A stretch of DNA of 63,326 bases, counting the filler. It is 9 parts of 9 records of this genome, joined end to end, with 100 filler letters (N's around TTAATTAATTAA, not from the genome) between each part and the next. Parts side by side here need not be neighbours in the genome. Positions count along the whole stretch, not along the records: positions 5,713 to 12,453 come from SRR31156797_60228; positions 12,554 to 19,983 come from SRR31156797_60329; 7 more parts are not named here. The stretch is one strand, 5' to 3'. The notes under the pieces are model-generated. The model ran no database searches. It saw only the letters and a program-made list of their open reading frames with translations, and was not told the origin of the DNA. Below are positions 10,701 to 20,083 of the stretch, piece after piece. The first letter of the stretch is position 1, and every line of letters starts with the position of its first letter. The position numbers and the translations under genes were made by a program.

Positions 10701-10761
10701 CCTTATCCTGGCCAAGGTCGAAGGACTTCTGGACGGGATTTTTATGGAAGGAATTCGTTGA
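7714..10761 (+). CDS. hdrA: Heterodisulfide reductase subunit A-like flavo-Fe-S protein (duplicated architecture)
   Basis: Two GGGxxG FAD motifs, DRTFPTNNC, two QCVGSR…CSxVCC motifs, C-terminal 2x[4Fe-4S]. Confidence 0.93.
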   Translation: MQDQINSEPNNKVLVVGGGVGGIKTALDLAEAGREVMLVDKAPSIGGLMTLLDRTFPTNNCDMCTISPYLAESGRDLNIDLLPLTEIVSTEGQAGDFTIKLRTAPRYIDLDKCSACGECHKKHPECVNFTPGLDHRAPTCMRYPQATPLAFSIDAEKCSAMDDIVAVCPDDAIIPDEAEKISEVKVGAIVLATGACLYNPDALANYGHGIYPNVVTGLEYERIMSASGPTAGDLIRPSDSKRPQKVAWIQCVGSRNINQADAPYCSSVCCMYALKEAMVTKERFQDDIEAVVFYMDMRTSGKDYELYLQRSKDEYGVRLVRCRPHTIEPQPGTKDLSITYTTDDSSTPQKEVFDMVVLSTGFHVPPDVVDLAGALGIELNEWNFVKTDSFNPVTTSKKGIYVCGLLESPKDIPETLVQASAAAGMVSHDLPAKDQLAAHEEFPPERDVAGEEPKLGVFVYNYSSYEGVINPNEVAEYASGLSGVAVSEVIQHGSSEETLGHIQETIRKEQLNRVVIAGTSPRTHETLFQDTIRRAGLNKYLLEMANIRDQNVWVHSDSPEQASQKANDLVRMAVSSAAQRTPLIDHTIDMNKEVLVIGGGVTGMNAALNMAEDGFKVFLVEQAPELGGLARDLHKTLEGEDVQAYMNDLVERTKNHDNIQVLTGAIVVDHTGMPGQFKTGLQVGPQMYYRQISHGVTILATGALANRPKEYMLGEHEAVMTQRDLDSLLEENPDKFKTMDRVVMIQCVGSRVPENPNCSRVCCQSAVKNALRILDINPEIKIFVLYRDMRTYGFQEVYYRQARERGVLFARYSLDDKPVVAASGDKVEVTFHDAILDMKISVPVDCLALSTGFIADDEATEDLSMIFHLPRTEDGYFLEEHVKLKPVDLPVPGFLVAGTAHSPKSVRESITQAHAAAGRAKTLLARDVINLGAAVAKVDGDKCAACLICVRACPFDVPFINADGYSEIDPAKCHGCGICAAECPAKAIQLMQFEDDLILAKVEGLLDGIFMEGIR

Positions 10762-11198
10762 TGGAAAAATTTGAACCAGTTATTGTGGCCTTTTGCTGCC
10801 ATTACTGCGCTTATACAGCCGCGGACATGGCCGGCAGCATGAGGCTGAGTTATCCGCCCAACGTTAAGATCGTCAGGGTTCCCTGCACGGGCAAGGTGGA
10901 TGCGATACATATCATGAAAGCCATGCAAAAAGGCGCCGATGGAGTATACGTAGCCGGTTGTCTCCCGGGCGATTGCCATTATAACGACGGAAACACGCGG
11001 GCCGCACGCCGTGTGGACTATGTCAGGAAAATTCTTGACGACATCGGCATTGGCGCGGAAAGAGTCGAAATGATAAACATGTCCGCGGGCATGGGACAGC
11101 GTTTTGCTCAAACCGCTATCGATTTTACAGAAAAAATCCGGGAAATGGGGCCCAACCCGATAAAAACAGCCGCTGACAACCATGCGGCCGTGGGCTGA
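10761..11198 (+). CDS. mvhD: MvhD/FlpD hydrogenase delta [2Fe-2S] subunit
   Basis: AFCCHYCAY, RVPCTG, GADGVYVAGCLPGDCHY; TGATG coupling to hdrA. Confidence 0.93.
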   Translation: MEKFEPVIVAFCCHYCAYTAADMAGSMRLSYPPNVKIVRVPCTGKVDAIHIMKAMQKGADGVYVAGCLPGDCHYNDGNTRAARRVDYVRKILDDIGIGAERVEMINMSAGMGQRFAQTAIDFTEKIREMGPNPIKTAADNHAAVG

Positions 11199-11222
11199 TC
11201 GCTCGATAAAGGAGAGTCGACA

Positions 11223-11888
11223 ATGATCACAGCAGAACGAAAACCCATGGATGAAATTATCGAATGCGTAAAACCTTACAATCGCATTCTCCTGGCCGGC
11301 TGTAACGAATGCGTTACTGTTTGCGCCGCCGGAGGCCGTAAAGAAGTAGGGATTCTTTCATCCGCCCTGCAAATGGCCTTTCTCCAGAGTGGAAAAACTC
11401 TGGAAGTAAAAGAAATCACGCTCGAAAGACAGTGCGACCCCGAATACGTGGAGCAACTGGTTCCTTATATCGACCAGGTGGACGCAGTGTTGTCCATGGC
11501 CTGCGGCTGCGGCGTTCAGGAAGTCGCCCGCCGTTTCAAGGACAAACCCGTGTTCCCCGCCGTCAACACGCGCTTCATGGGCGCTTCCGAACGCCAGGGC
11601 GTCTGGGCCGAAAGATGTCAAGGCTGCGGCGATTGCATCCTAGGACTTACCGGGGGCATCTGCCCCATCGCCCGTTGTTCCAAAAGACTGTTCAACGGTC
11701 CCTGCGGCGGTTCAACAGGCGGTAAGTGCGAAATCAGCCCCGATGTCGATTGCGCCTGGCAGTTGATCTGGGACAGGATGAAAGCCCTCGGCATCGAAGA
11801 CCGTTATGAAGAAGTCATGGCCGCCAAAGACTGGCGCACCAGCCGTGACGGCGGACCCCGCAAGATTATAAGAGAGGACTTGGTATAA
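11223..11888 (+). CDS. metV: Methylenetetrahydrofolate reductase Fe-S subunit MetV
   Basis: GCNECVTVC, RQC, ACGCG, CQGCGDC…GICPIARCSK…NGPCGG…C.W. Confidence 0.9.
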   Translation: MITAERKPMDEIIECVKPYNRILLAGCNECVTVCAAGGRKEVGILSSALQMAFLQSGKTLEVKEITLERQCDPEYVEQLVPYIDQVDAVLSMACGCGVQEVARRFKDKPVFPAVNTRFMGASERQGVWAERCQGCGDCILGLTGGICPIARCSKRLFNGPCGGSTGGKCEISPDVDCAWQLIWDRMKALGIEDRYEEVMAAKDWRTSRDGGPRKIIREDLV

Positions 11889-12453
11889 TGAAAACGGATA
11901 GCAAACTGGAAAAGATTTTCGCCGCAGGCCACTTTGCAGTCACATCCGAAGTCGGCCCTCCCCGTGGCGCCGACGTCGAAAAGGTCAGGGAAAAAGCTGA
12001 AATGCTGCGCGGAGTGGTCGATGGGATCAATGTCACCGACAACCAGACCGCCGTGGTCAGGATGTCAAGCTGGGCCGCCTGCATCATTCTGAAGCAAATG
12101 GGACTCAACCCTGTCCTGCAGATGGTAACCCGCGACCGGAACCGTCTCGCCATGCAAAGCGACCTCCTGGGCGTCTGGTCCCATGGCGTCGATACAATGC
12201 TCTGCCTCTCGGGCGACCACCCCAAATTTGGCGATCATCCGACCGCGGCCAATGTTTACGACCTTGACTCGGTTCAGCTCATCCAAACAGTAAAAGGCAT
12301 GCGCGACGAAGGTAAATTCCAGGGTGGAGACGACATGTCCAATCCGCCCAAGATGTTCATCGGCGCCGCCGCCAATCCCTTTGCCGATCCTTTTGAACTC
12401 AGGGTCGCCCGTTTAGCCAAGAAAGTCGCGGCCGGCGTGGATTTTATCCAGAC
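11888..12453 (+). CDS. metF: Methylenetetrahydrofolate reductase (3' truncated)
   Basis: EVGPPRG, NVTDNQ, RDRNRLAMQ, LSGDH, KKVAAGVDFIQ; TAATG coupling to metV. Confidence 0.92.
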
Positions 12454-12553
12454 NNNNNNNNNNNNNNNNNNNNNNNNNNNNNNNNNNNNNNNNNNNNTTA
12501 ATTAATTAANNNNNNNNNNNNNNNNNNNNNNNNNNNNNNNNNNNNNNNNNNNN
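12454..12553. other. Artificial contig spacer
   Basis: N run + TTAATTAATTAA + N run. Confidence 0.98.
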
Positions 12554-13852
12554 GCCGCCGGTCTCGGTCTGCCACCAGGTGTCCACAATGGGGCAGCGGT
12601 TCTCGCCGACCACCTCGTGGTACCAGCGCCAGGCTTCGGGATTGATGGGTTCTCCCACAGTGCCTAACAGGCGAAGCGTCTTGCGGCTGTGCCGTGTGAC
12701 GTAGTCGTCCCCCAAACGCATAATGGCCCGGATGGCTGTGGGCGCGGTGTAAAAGATATTAATCTTCCACTTGTCCACAACCTCCCAGAACCTACCTGCG
12801 TCCGGATATGTCGGCACGCCTTCAAACATCAGGGTTTGGGCGCCGTTAAGCAACGGGCCGTACAAAATGTAGCTGTGACCGGTGACCCAGCCTATGTCCG
12901 CCGTGCACCAGTAGATATCTCCGTCATGGTAGTCAAACACGTATTTATGGGTTAATGAAGTATAAACCATGTACCCGCCGGTTGTGTGCAGAACACCCTT
13001 GGGCTTGCCCGTGGAACCTGACGTATAAAGAATGAACAGCGGCGTTTCCGCCTCAACCATTACCGGAGCGCACTCGGAATCGGCATCGGCGACCAGATCG
13101 TGCCAATACTTGTCGCGGCCTTCGGTCATAAGACACTCAAAGTCCCCGCCTACTCGCCGAACCACGACAACATCCTTGACCTCATGCCCTTCGTCCTTGG
13201 AACCCTCCAGGGCATCGTCAGCGATCTGCTTAAGTGGAACAGGCTTGCCGCCGCGATAAGTTCCATCGCTGGTTATGACCAGGGTGCACTCGGAATCCAC
13301 AATGCGGTCCTTGAGAGATTCAGCCGAAAACCCGCCGAATACTACGGAATGAATCACTCCCAGCCTGGCGCAGGCCAGCATGGCTATGCTCAATTCGGGA
13401 ATCATGGGTAAATAGATTGTTACCCGGTCGCCCTGCTTCAGCCCATACCCCTTGAGCACGTTGGCGAACTTGCAGACTTCGGTGTAAAGCTCCTTGAAAG
13501 TCAACACCCGGTCCTCGCCGGGCTCGTTGCCTTCCCACAATATGGCCGGTTGATCGCCCCGTGTTTCCAAATGCCGATCAACGCAGTTGTAGCACATATT
13601 GGTTTCGCCGCCCTGGAACCACTTGATCGAAATCGGCCCCGTGCTTTTGTGGTAGTTGTACTCCAGAACCTTGTCCCATTTCTTTTCCCAGTAGAAATCC
13701 TCTGCGACTTCAGCCCAGAAGCCCTCCGGGTCGTTTATGGAACGATTGTACATTTTCTGGTAGTCGTCCTGGGCGCCTATCCAGGCTTTTTCCGAAAAAG
13801 AAGATGGAGGATAGTAAAACCCGTTTTCCTTGCTGACTTCATCCGCGGACAT
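12554..13852 (-). CDS. acs: Acetyl-CoA synthetase, AMP-forming (3' truncated)
   Basis: [53 protein letters not shown]. Confidence 0.96.
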
Positions 13853-14018
13853 ATCTGCTCCTTTCTTTTAGTTGCTCCCGAGGCCTTTGAAAAACATTGA
13901 TTTTGCCCGGACCTGCAAGTCCAACCCCTGGATCGCCAAAGGGCGCAGTCTTGCAAAGGTCTCGCACCGGGTGTTTTATATTACAGCCAAAAGCAGGCCG
14001 GCCGCGCCGGTCCGCTTA

Positions 14019-14750
14019 CTACCAAATTCCCGATGTTCTTATCAGGTCGCGCAGGCTTCCCCAACCCGCCCTTTCCATTTCCACCAGCAGACGCTGAAAT
14101 ATAATGGCCGTGGCCATGGCGTCCCCGATAGCCGTATGCCTTTCGGGCAGGTCAATGCCGAACCTTTCAGTCAGGGCATCCAGGCTGCAGCGCTTGGCCC
14201 CGCGCCTCTGACCATAAGGGTCTGCTTCTATAACAACCTGGCGGCACATCAAAACCGTGTCCACCACCAGGTTCTGAAGCCTGAAGCCGTATTGTTCCTT
14301 CATAACCCGGTTTATGAAAAACAGGTCGAACCTGGCGTGATGGGCCACTAAAATATTGTCGCCCAGAAACCCCAGAAAATCCTCCATAACTTCCCAGGCC
14401 ATCCGCGCGCTACGGATCATATCCGGCATGATGGCATGAACATGGATCGATTCCACAGGGATTGATCTTCCCGGATTAACCAACTCGTCAAACACTTCTC
14501 CCAGTTGAATTTTGCCGTCCACTATACGAAAAGCCCCCACGCTCACCACCCTGTCCTTTTTCGGATCCATACCCGTGGTTTCCAGGTCAACAACCACGAA
14601 ACTGTGGGAACGGGCCGGATCGTTGGGCCTTATGTTGTCCAGGGCGTTAAGGTTGGCCCGGGCGCGCGAATTTAGATGGCGGCGCGACATCATCAAACGC
14701 ACCCATTGGTTGAGGATTTTCGAACCCATTATATTCAATTCAGTTTCCAT
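14019..14750 (-). CDS. DEDDh 3'-5' exonuclease (DnaQ-like)
   Basis: VVVDLETTG, HHARFD, RHTAIGDA motifs. Confidence 0.9.
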   Translation of the reverse strand: METELNIMGSKILNQWVRLMMSRRHLNSRARANLNALDNIRPNDPARSHSFVVVDLETTGMDPKKDRVVSVGAFRIVDGKIQLGEVFDELVNPGRSIPVESIHVHAIMPDMIRSARMAWEVMEDFLGFLGDNILVAHHARFDLFFINRVMKEQYGFRLQNLVVDTVLMCRQVVIEADPYGQRRGAKRCSLDALTERFGIDLPERHTAIGDAMATAIIFQRLLVEMERAGWGSLRDLIRTSGIW

Positions 14751-16689
14751 GCCCCCCTGACACGCGGCCTATTATCAATTTCTGAAACCTGTCGATTACC
14801 GCAAAGCAGTCTTTCAATATCTTTCGTTGGAACGTATTCAAGTCCGCCGGATCCACCACACGGTCCTTTTGATCGGTCGACGCCGTCTCCAGATACCGGG
14901 AAACCTGTAAAATGGTCATGTAGCTGAATGCCTCGTGAAGGTCGTCTTCAAGTTGTTTGTTTATTGATAAATGTTCCGCCGTCTGCTTGAGCCGGCCTAA
15001 AGTATTGGTTTCGGGAACCCGAGCTTCCAGCGCCAGCACCCGGATGGAAGAGGCCAAGGGTTCAATGCCCATCAGCTCCAGGTCCAGTTGCTTGGAACGT
15101 TCGCCGTTTCTTTCCAATAACTCGTTGCGGAAAAAACAAAGCGGCGGTTTCCGTTCAACAGCGTTTTGGGCCATATATTTCAGAATTTCCCGGCTCTCAT
15201 CCACCCCTTGCCATAGCACGCCTCTAAGTTCCTTGATAAAAGCCGACTCTCCATGGATGGCCCTGAAGTCGAAAATTCTGCCCAAGTTCCCGTTCCCGGC
15301 CTCGGCCGGCGAACGAACCCAACCCGCATACGCCTTTTTCCATTCTTCCGCACTACGGCACCACTCCGAACCGATGCCAAGATTTTCATAAGGCTTGGCG
15401 TCAAACCCCCATCGCCTCATGGCATCTCCGACCCTGCGGGCGAACCCTATGAACCACTCCCGGACCTGCCCCGCGTTTTCGCGCGGAACATCCGCATATA
15501 CAACTGCGAAATCCTGCTGAAAAGGAGGCGCCTGTTCCTTACGCCCCGCCCTTCCAAGCGCCAGCCAAGAATACCGCGCCGGGGCCGGCCCCAACCCGTC
15601 CTCGACCATGGCTGCTTCGCATAATTCAAAAAGACGGATAAACAGAAGATCCATGAACTCATTGAGCAGATCCATCATGTATTCGGCCGAACTTCCCATC
15701 AACAAAAGAGATTCAAGAACCCTCCGGATGCGTTCGGGAAATCTTTTCATTCCCTCCAGGGATTCAATTTTCTCTATATTCCGGGCCAATCCCACGGGCG
15801 TGCTGCCGGTTATCATCTTTATGTCGTGGTCGCTTACCACTCCCTGAACCCGGCCGCCCTCCCCGACCAACAAGTGGTGAACCCCGTACCTGGTCATCTC
15901 AAACATGGCTTCAAAAGCGTAAGCGCCGGGCGATATGGTCAGCGGCGGTCGGCTCATGATGCTCTCCACCGGTGCATCCGGACTCAACCCGGCTGCCAAA
16001 ACCCTGGCCCGGAAATCCGTGTCTGTTACCAATCCCAAGGCTTCCCCGTCTCCATCAGTAATTACAATCGAGCCCACTTTACGCCGGGTCATTTTCCGGG
16101 CCGCCTCCTGTATGCTCGCTCCGGGGGAGCAGGTCAAAACATGGGCGCTCATCAAATCGGAAACCCGCCCCCTCATCTGTGAGGATATCTCACGGAAGGC
16201 GTCGGCGCTGTTGGCCTGACCGTTTAAACTGAAGGCCTGGACCCTGGACGCCCTGAGATATTGGGCCAGCGAACGGCCGAAATGATCCTGAAACGCTGTA
16301 TGGGCCTCCAGCAGCTTCTTGAACTCGATTCCGGGAAGCATGAAGGTCAAAAGATCCTCATGGGCGGTGACATTGAACATGGCTGTAAGGCTTCGGAGCA
16401 GGCTCACCGAACCGAAAAAATCACCCTCGCCCCGCATGTCGACCAACTGATCCTCGCCCGATTCAATGGGCGCGGTAATCTTCACCGAACCTGAGTGGAT
16501 TATGTACAAATATTCCGCGGGAGGTCCGCCTGCCTGAATTATGGGGGTTCCCCTTGGATGATACGCCAATTGCATGTGACGGACCACTGCGCTCAACTCT
16601 TCCCTATCAAGTTTGTTGAAAGGGAAAACTCTTGATATGAAATCAACGATTCGAACCAGTGGAAACCGACTCATTTTGTTTGTGTCCAT
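14740..16689 (-). CDS. cNMP-binding/CBS-pair/DUF294 nucleotidyltransferase-like protein
   Basis: N-terminal cNMP domain (LYIIHSGSV, GDFFG), CBS pair, DUF294 region (W.ALG..GRKEQ, IFDFR.I.G). Confidence 0.88.
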   Translation of the reverse strand: MDTNKMSRFPLVRIVDFISRVFPFNKLDREELSAVVRHMQLAYHPRGTPIIQAGGPPAEYLYIIHSGSVKITAPIESGEDQLVDMRGEGDFFGSVSLLRSLTAMFNVTAHEDLLTFMLPGIEFKKLLEAHTAFQDHFGRSLAQYLRASRVQAFSLNGQANSADAFREISSQMRGRVSDLMSAHVLTCSPGASIQEAARKMTRRKVGSIVITDGDGEALGLVTDTDFRARVLAAGLSPDAPVESIMSRPPLTISPGAYAFEAMFEMTRYGVHHLLVGEGGRVQGVVSDHDIKMITGSTPVGLARNIEKIESLEGMKRFPERIRRVLESLLLMGSSAEYMMDLLNEFMDLLFIRLFELCEAAMVEDGLGPAPARYSWLALGRAGRKEQAPPFQQDFAVVYADVPRENAGQVREWFIGFARRVGDAMRRWGFDAKPYENLGIGSEWCRSAEEWKKAYAGWVRSPAEAGNGNLGRIFDFRAIHGESAFIKELRGVLWQGVDESREILKYMAQNAVERKPPLCFFRNELLERNGERSKQLDLELMGIEPLASSIRVLALEARVPETNTLGRLKQTAEHLSINKQLEDDLHEAFSYMTILQVSRYLETASTDQKDRVVDPADLNTFQRKILKDCFAVIDRFQKLIIGRVSGGHGN

Positions 16690-16944
16690 GCTATTGAATA
16701 TGACTTTAGGATATGAAAATCACTGGCCTTCCGGCTATAGGGGGAACGCAGTATTTCCAAGGGGGAGATTCCTACTTCGGGAGATCACGTATGTCTTATT
16801 TTCTTTCTTCGGAAGTGTGTGGAACTATAAAAAATTAAAACCTTTGGTCAGGAGAGCCCGGAATCGTTCGTATGAGTTTGGGCAGCGTGATGACGCCCGG
16901 CAAAAGATTGGAAATTTAATAAATGACCAAAATAACATGCATGT

Positions 16945-19900
16945 TTATGGCTTCACTGTATATGGCTGCCCCAGAAATATAAAAGCACCCCAAAAAAGTG
17001 GGTGGGCGAGGCCGTAACGCTTTTTCACAACTTCCATCTCATGCAGTGCGGCATGGCGGATTGCCTGGGCTTTATTCATTTTACCCCCAAGGATGTTTTT
17101 ATAGAACCGGACCATCAGCTCCTTGGTCTCTTTATCCGGGACGCTCCACATGCTCATCACCAAACCCTTGACCCCGGCCTGAATAAAAGCACGCCGGAGT
17201 CCATATACGCCTTCGCCGCTTCTGACCTCGCCCATGCCGGTATTGCATGCGGATAAAACCACCAATTCCGTGCCGTGAAGCCTCAGACCGAGGACTTTTT
17301 CGGCTGTTAGCAGACCGTCACATTGTTTTGTATCATCTGATTTTAATGCATTGTTGGCGCCTGCAAGGGCCAGGCCGGAGCGCAGAAGCGGATTCTCGAA
17401 CCTGATATCGGGGTTGGCGGGGATTTTTTTCTTGGGGTCAGCGAATAACTCCAGACCGTAACTATTTGAATTAAGGAAAATATTAAGCTGCTGGTCGGAT
17501 AGAAAGAAACCGTGAGTGGCTATATGCAGGATTCGCGGCGGCTCTTTCAGCCCAACCAGAACCTCTTCTAGCGCCTCTCGACCGGTTCGTGTTATAACCA
17601 TGTCATAACCAAGAAGGGCTTGGATTTCATTTATTTCCTCCCTGGTCCCGGGTAGTTTGTTGAATTGAATGCCGCGCATATCGGCCGATCGCATTTCATT
17701 AATATTTTCATTTAACTGATCCATCCCGCTCAATTGCCGCAGGGCTTCCGCCTTTTCATCAACTCCAAGATTAAAGTCCGGATCGCCAATAAGCAGAGGG
17801 GGCCCCGCTTTCCCGTCGGTTTGTCCGAATAAAAGAATGTCGCGGCCGGCCGCAAGATAGTTGAAGGTGTAATCTTCGATCAGATATCTTCCATCCGGAC
17901 CCTGTAGGATCTCGAAAGGAATAAGATTCAGATCTCCGTCCGGGGAGATATAAATTTCACGAATTTGGCCGAGTTGTTTCCTGATCCGTGCAAAAACCAG
18001 ATTATAAAGTTTTACTGACGCACTTGCGGTTTTTTTCTGTTTCTTAGGGTTAATTACCGATCTCTTTAAACTTGCCGCGGCTTGGTCAATTGGGTCCGCC
18101 GGTCCCAGGTCGAAAAGGCCCGCCTGATCTTTATCTCCGGCTTTGACAATAAATACCAGATACTTGGCGGGTAACCATTTTTCCTCTTTACCTTTTGCCT
18201 TGAAGTCGAACACATTTATGCGAGCGAACTCAATCAGGGCGGAATCCGGTGGAAGGGCTTCGGCTAATGTTGCAAAATCGGCGCGTTTCACTTTTTTTTG
18301 AAGAGCATAGGTCCGGCTCAAACGGCTCAACCTGGCTTCCAGTTCTTCTATCTCGGATTGCAGGTCGGTTATGTTATTACGGTATGTTTCAGGGTCGCCC
18401 GATCCGGGTCCTTTGAATGTCAGTCGCGACAGCCTGGCCCGGCGCTGTGCTAATTGATGTAAAACTCTCGCCGCCTCCGGGTTGTCGGAGTAAACCAGGG
18501 CTTCCTGAAACCGCTTTTGGGCTTCGAGGATAATTCCCTTGCGATGCAGCCACCAGTTTAAGGCGTTTACCCTGGCTTGCTCGTTTTGGCGCAAAAATGA
18601 TGAAACCAGGCATAAAGAAGAATCCAGTGTGCGCCTGCGATCTCTAAGGAACTTTAACATCCTGTCCGCGGAACTAAAGCCCATAACATGATCGATGGTC
18701 CGTTTATCAATCTCCAGGGCCTGACCGGCCAAATCATTCGCCCGTTCATAAAGACCCATGGCTGTATATAGCAAGGCCAGGTTGTGTAAGCTGGCCGCAG
18801 TTTCAGGGTGGAGCTTCCCTAATACCTTTTCCCTTATAGCAAGCGCTCGTTGATGCAAGGGCTCGGCCTTTTCATACTCACCCCTCGTTTTATAAAGCCC
18901 TGCCAGATTGCTCAGGCTAGTTGCAAAATCGGGATGCTCCTCGCCAAGAGCCTTTTCGCAAGAGTTCCGAATACGTTTCAACAAGACTTCCGCTTTGTCG
19001 TAGTCTCCGGTTTTTAAATAAATCAGGCCTAAGGTAGTCAACTCCCTGTGCAGGGCGTGATGTTCCGGCCCCAATGCCTTTTCCATAATGCCCAGGGAAC
19101 GTTTTGCCATATAGGCCGCCATTTTGTAATTTCCTTGTGAACGGTACAACTCGGCCAGGTAGCTTAATCCAAGCGCCGTATGGGGATGCTCCCGCCCAAG
19201 TGTTTTTCTTGAAATCTTCACTGCGTTTTTAAAAAGCGTTTCGGCTTTTTCGTAGTCCCCCAGCGAATAATGGAGAAAGGCCAAATTGTGCAGGCCCGCG
19301 GCCATGCCGGGATGCTCGGTCCCATAAGCCTTCTTCTTAATATCCAGGGCCTTTTCTAAATGATATTCCGCCTTTTCATATTCACCCGTGTATATATAAT
19401 GTTCACCAAGGTTGTTATGACCTACCGCCGTTTTCGGATGATCGGGGCCAAGTGTTTTTATTTTTATCGTCAAGGCGCGTTTATAGAGTCTTTCCGCCTT
19501 TTCGTACTCTGCTGTTGTTTCATAAAGGACTGCAATATTGTTCAAGGCGGCCGCCACAGCTGGATGATCAGGTCCCTTTATTTTTTCCAGGATGCTCAAA
19601 GCACGTTTATAGTGCGCCTCTGCGATTGTATAGTCTCCTTTGGCCTTATAAAGCAGAGCCAACGTGTTCAAATCCGAGGCCGTGTATTCATGTTCCGGTC
19701 CAAAGTGTTTTTCGTCAATGCCTAAGGCGCGTTCTCCTAGTTGAATTCCTTTGTTATAGTCGCCTGTACGATAGTAATGTTCAGCAAGGTTGTTCAGGGC
19801 TGTTGAAACTTCCGGATGATGCTGTCCATAGACGCTTTCAAGAATAACCAACCCGCGTTTGTAAAGCGGATCCGCATCGTCATTGCGGCCGGCCTTGCTG

Positions 19901-19983
19901 AACAGCATGGCCAAATCATTCAAGTATATGGCTACATCCGGATGATTTGCGCCCAATACCTTCTCGGTAATTGTCAAGGCTTC
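16945..19983 (-). CDS. TPR-repeat + CHAT (caspase-like) domain protein (5' truncated)
   Basis: About ten 42-aa TPR repeats (HP..A..LNNLA..Y…G.Y..A); CHAT motifs ISPDGDLNLIPFE, LHIATHG, LSACNTG, WGAF. Confidence 0.92.
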   Translation of the reverse strand, partial: EALTITEKVLGANHPDVAIYLNDLAMLFSKAGRNDDADPLYKRGLVILESVYGQHHPEVSTALNNLAEHYYRTGDYNKGIQLGERALGIDEKHFGPEHEYTASDLNTLALLYKAKGDYTIAEAHYKRALSILEKIKGPDHPAVAAALNNIAVLYETTAEYEKAERLYKRALTIKIKTLGPDHPKTAVGHNNLGEHYIYTGEYEKAEYHLEKALDIKKKAYGTEHPGMAAGLHNLAFLHYSLGDYEKAETLFKNAVKISRKTLGREHPHTALGLSYLAELYRSQGNYKMAAYMAKRSLGIMEKALGPEHHALHRELTTLGLIYLKTGDYDKAEVLLKRIRNSCEKALGEEHPDFATSLSNLAGLYKTRGEYEKAEPLHQRALAIREKVLGKLHPETAASLHNLALLYTAMGLYERANDLAGQALEIDKRTIDHVMGFSSADRMLKFLRDRRRTLDSSLCLVSSFLRQNEQARVNALNWWLHRKGIILEAQKRFQEALVYSDNPEAARVLHQLAQRRARLSRLTFKGPGSGDPETYRNNITDLQSEIEELEARLSRLSRTYALQKKVKRADFATLAEALPPDSALIEFARINVFDFKAKGKEEKWLPAKYLVFIVKAGDKDQAGLFDLGPADPIDQAAASLKRSVINPKKQKKTASASVKLYNLVFARIRKQLGQIREIYISPDGDLNLIPFEILQGPDGRYLIEDYTFNYLAAGRDILLFGQTDGKAGPPLLIGDPDFNLGVDEKAEALRQLSGMDQLNENINEMRSADMRGIQFNKLPGTREEINEIQALLGYDMVITRTGREALEEVLVGLKEPPRILHIATHGFFLSDQQLNIFLNSNSYGLELFADPKKKIPANPDIRFENPLLRSGLALAGANNALKSDDTKQCDGLLTAEKVLGLRLHGTELVVLSACNTGMGEVRSGEGVYGLRRAFIQAGVKGLVMSMWSVPDKETKELMVRFYKNILGGKMNKAQAIRHAALHEMEVVKKRYGLAHPLFWGAFIFLGQPYTVKP

Positions 19984-20083
19984 NNNNNNNNNNNNNNNNN
20001 NNNNNNNNNNNNNNNNNNNNNNNNNNNTTAATTAATTAANNNNNNNNNNNNNNNNNNNNNNNNNNNNNNNNNNNNNNNNNNNN
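19984..20083. other. Artificial contig spacer
   Basis: N run + TTAATTAATTAA + N run. Confidence 0.98.

Noticed and set aside
7714-11198. Possible selenocysteine recoding in hdrA/mvhD
   Set aside because: The usual Sec positions are Cys codons and the ORFs are uninterrupted; the visible yedE operon also shows no in-frame TGA
16945-19983. Craspase/type III-E CRISPR association of the CHAT protein
   Set aside because: No cas genes or repeat-spacer array seen anywhere in the window
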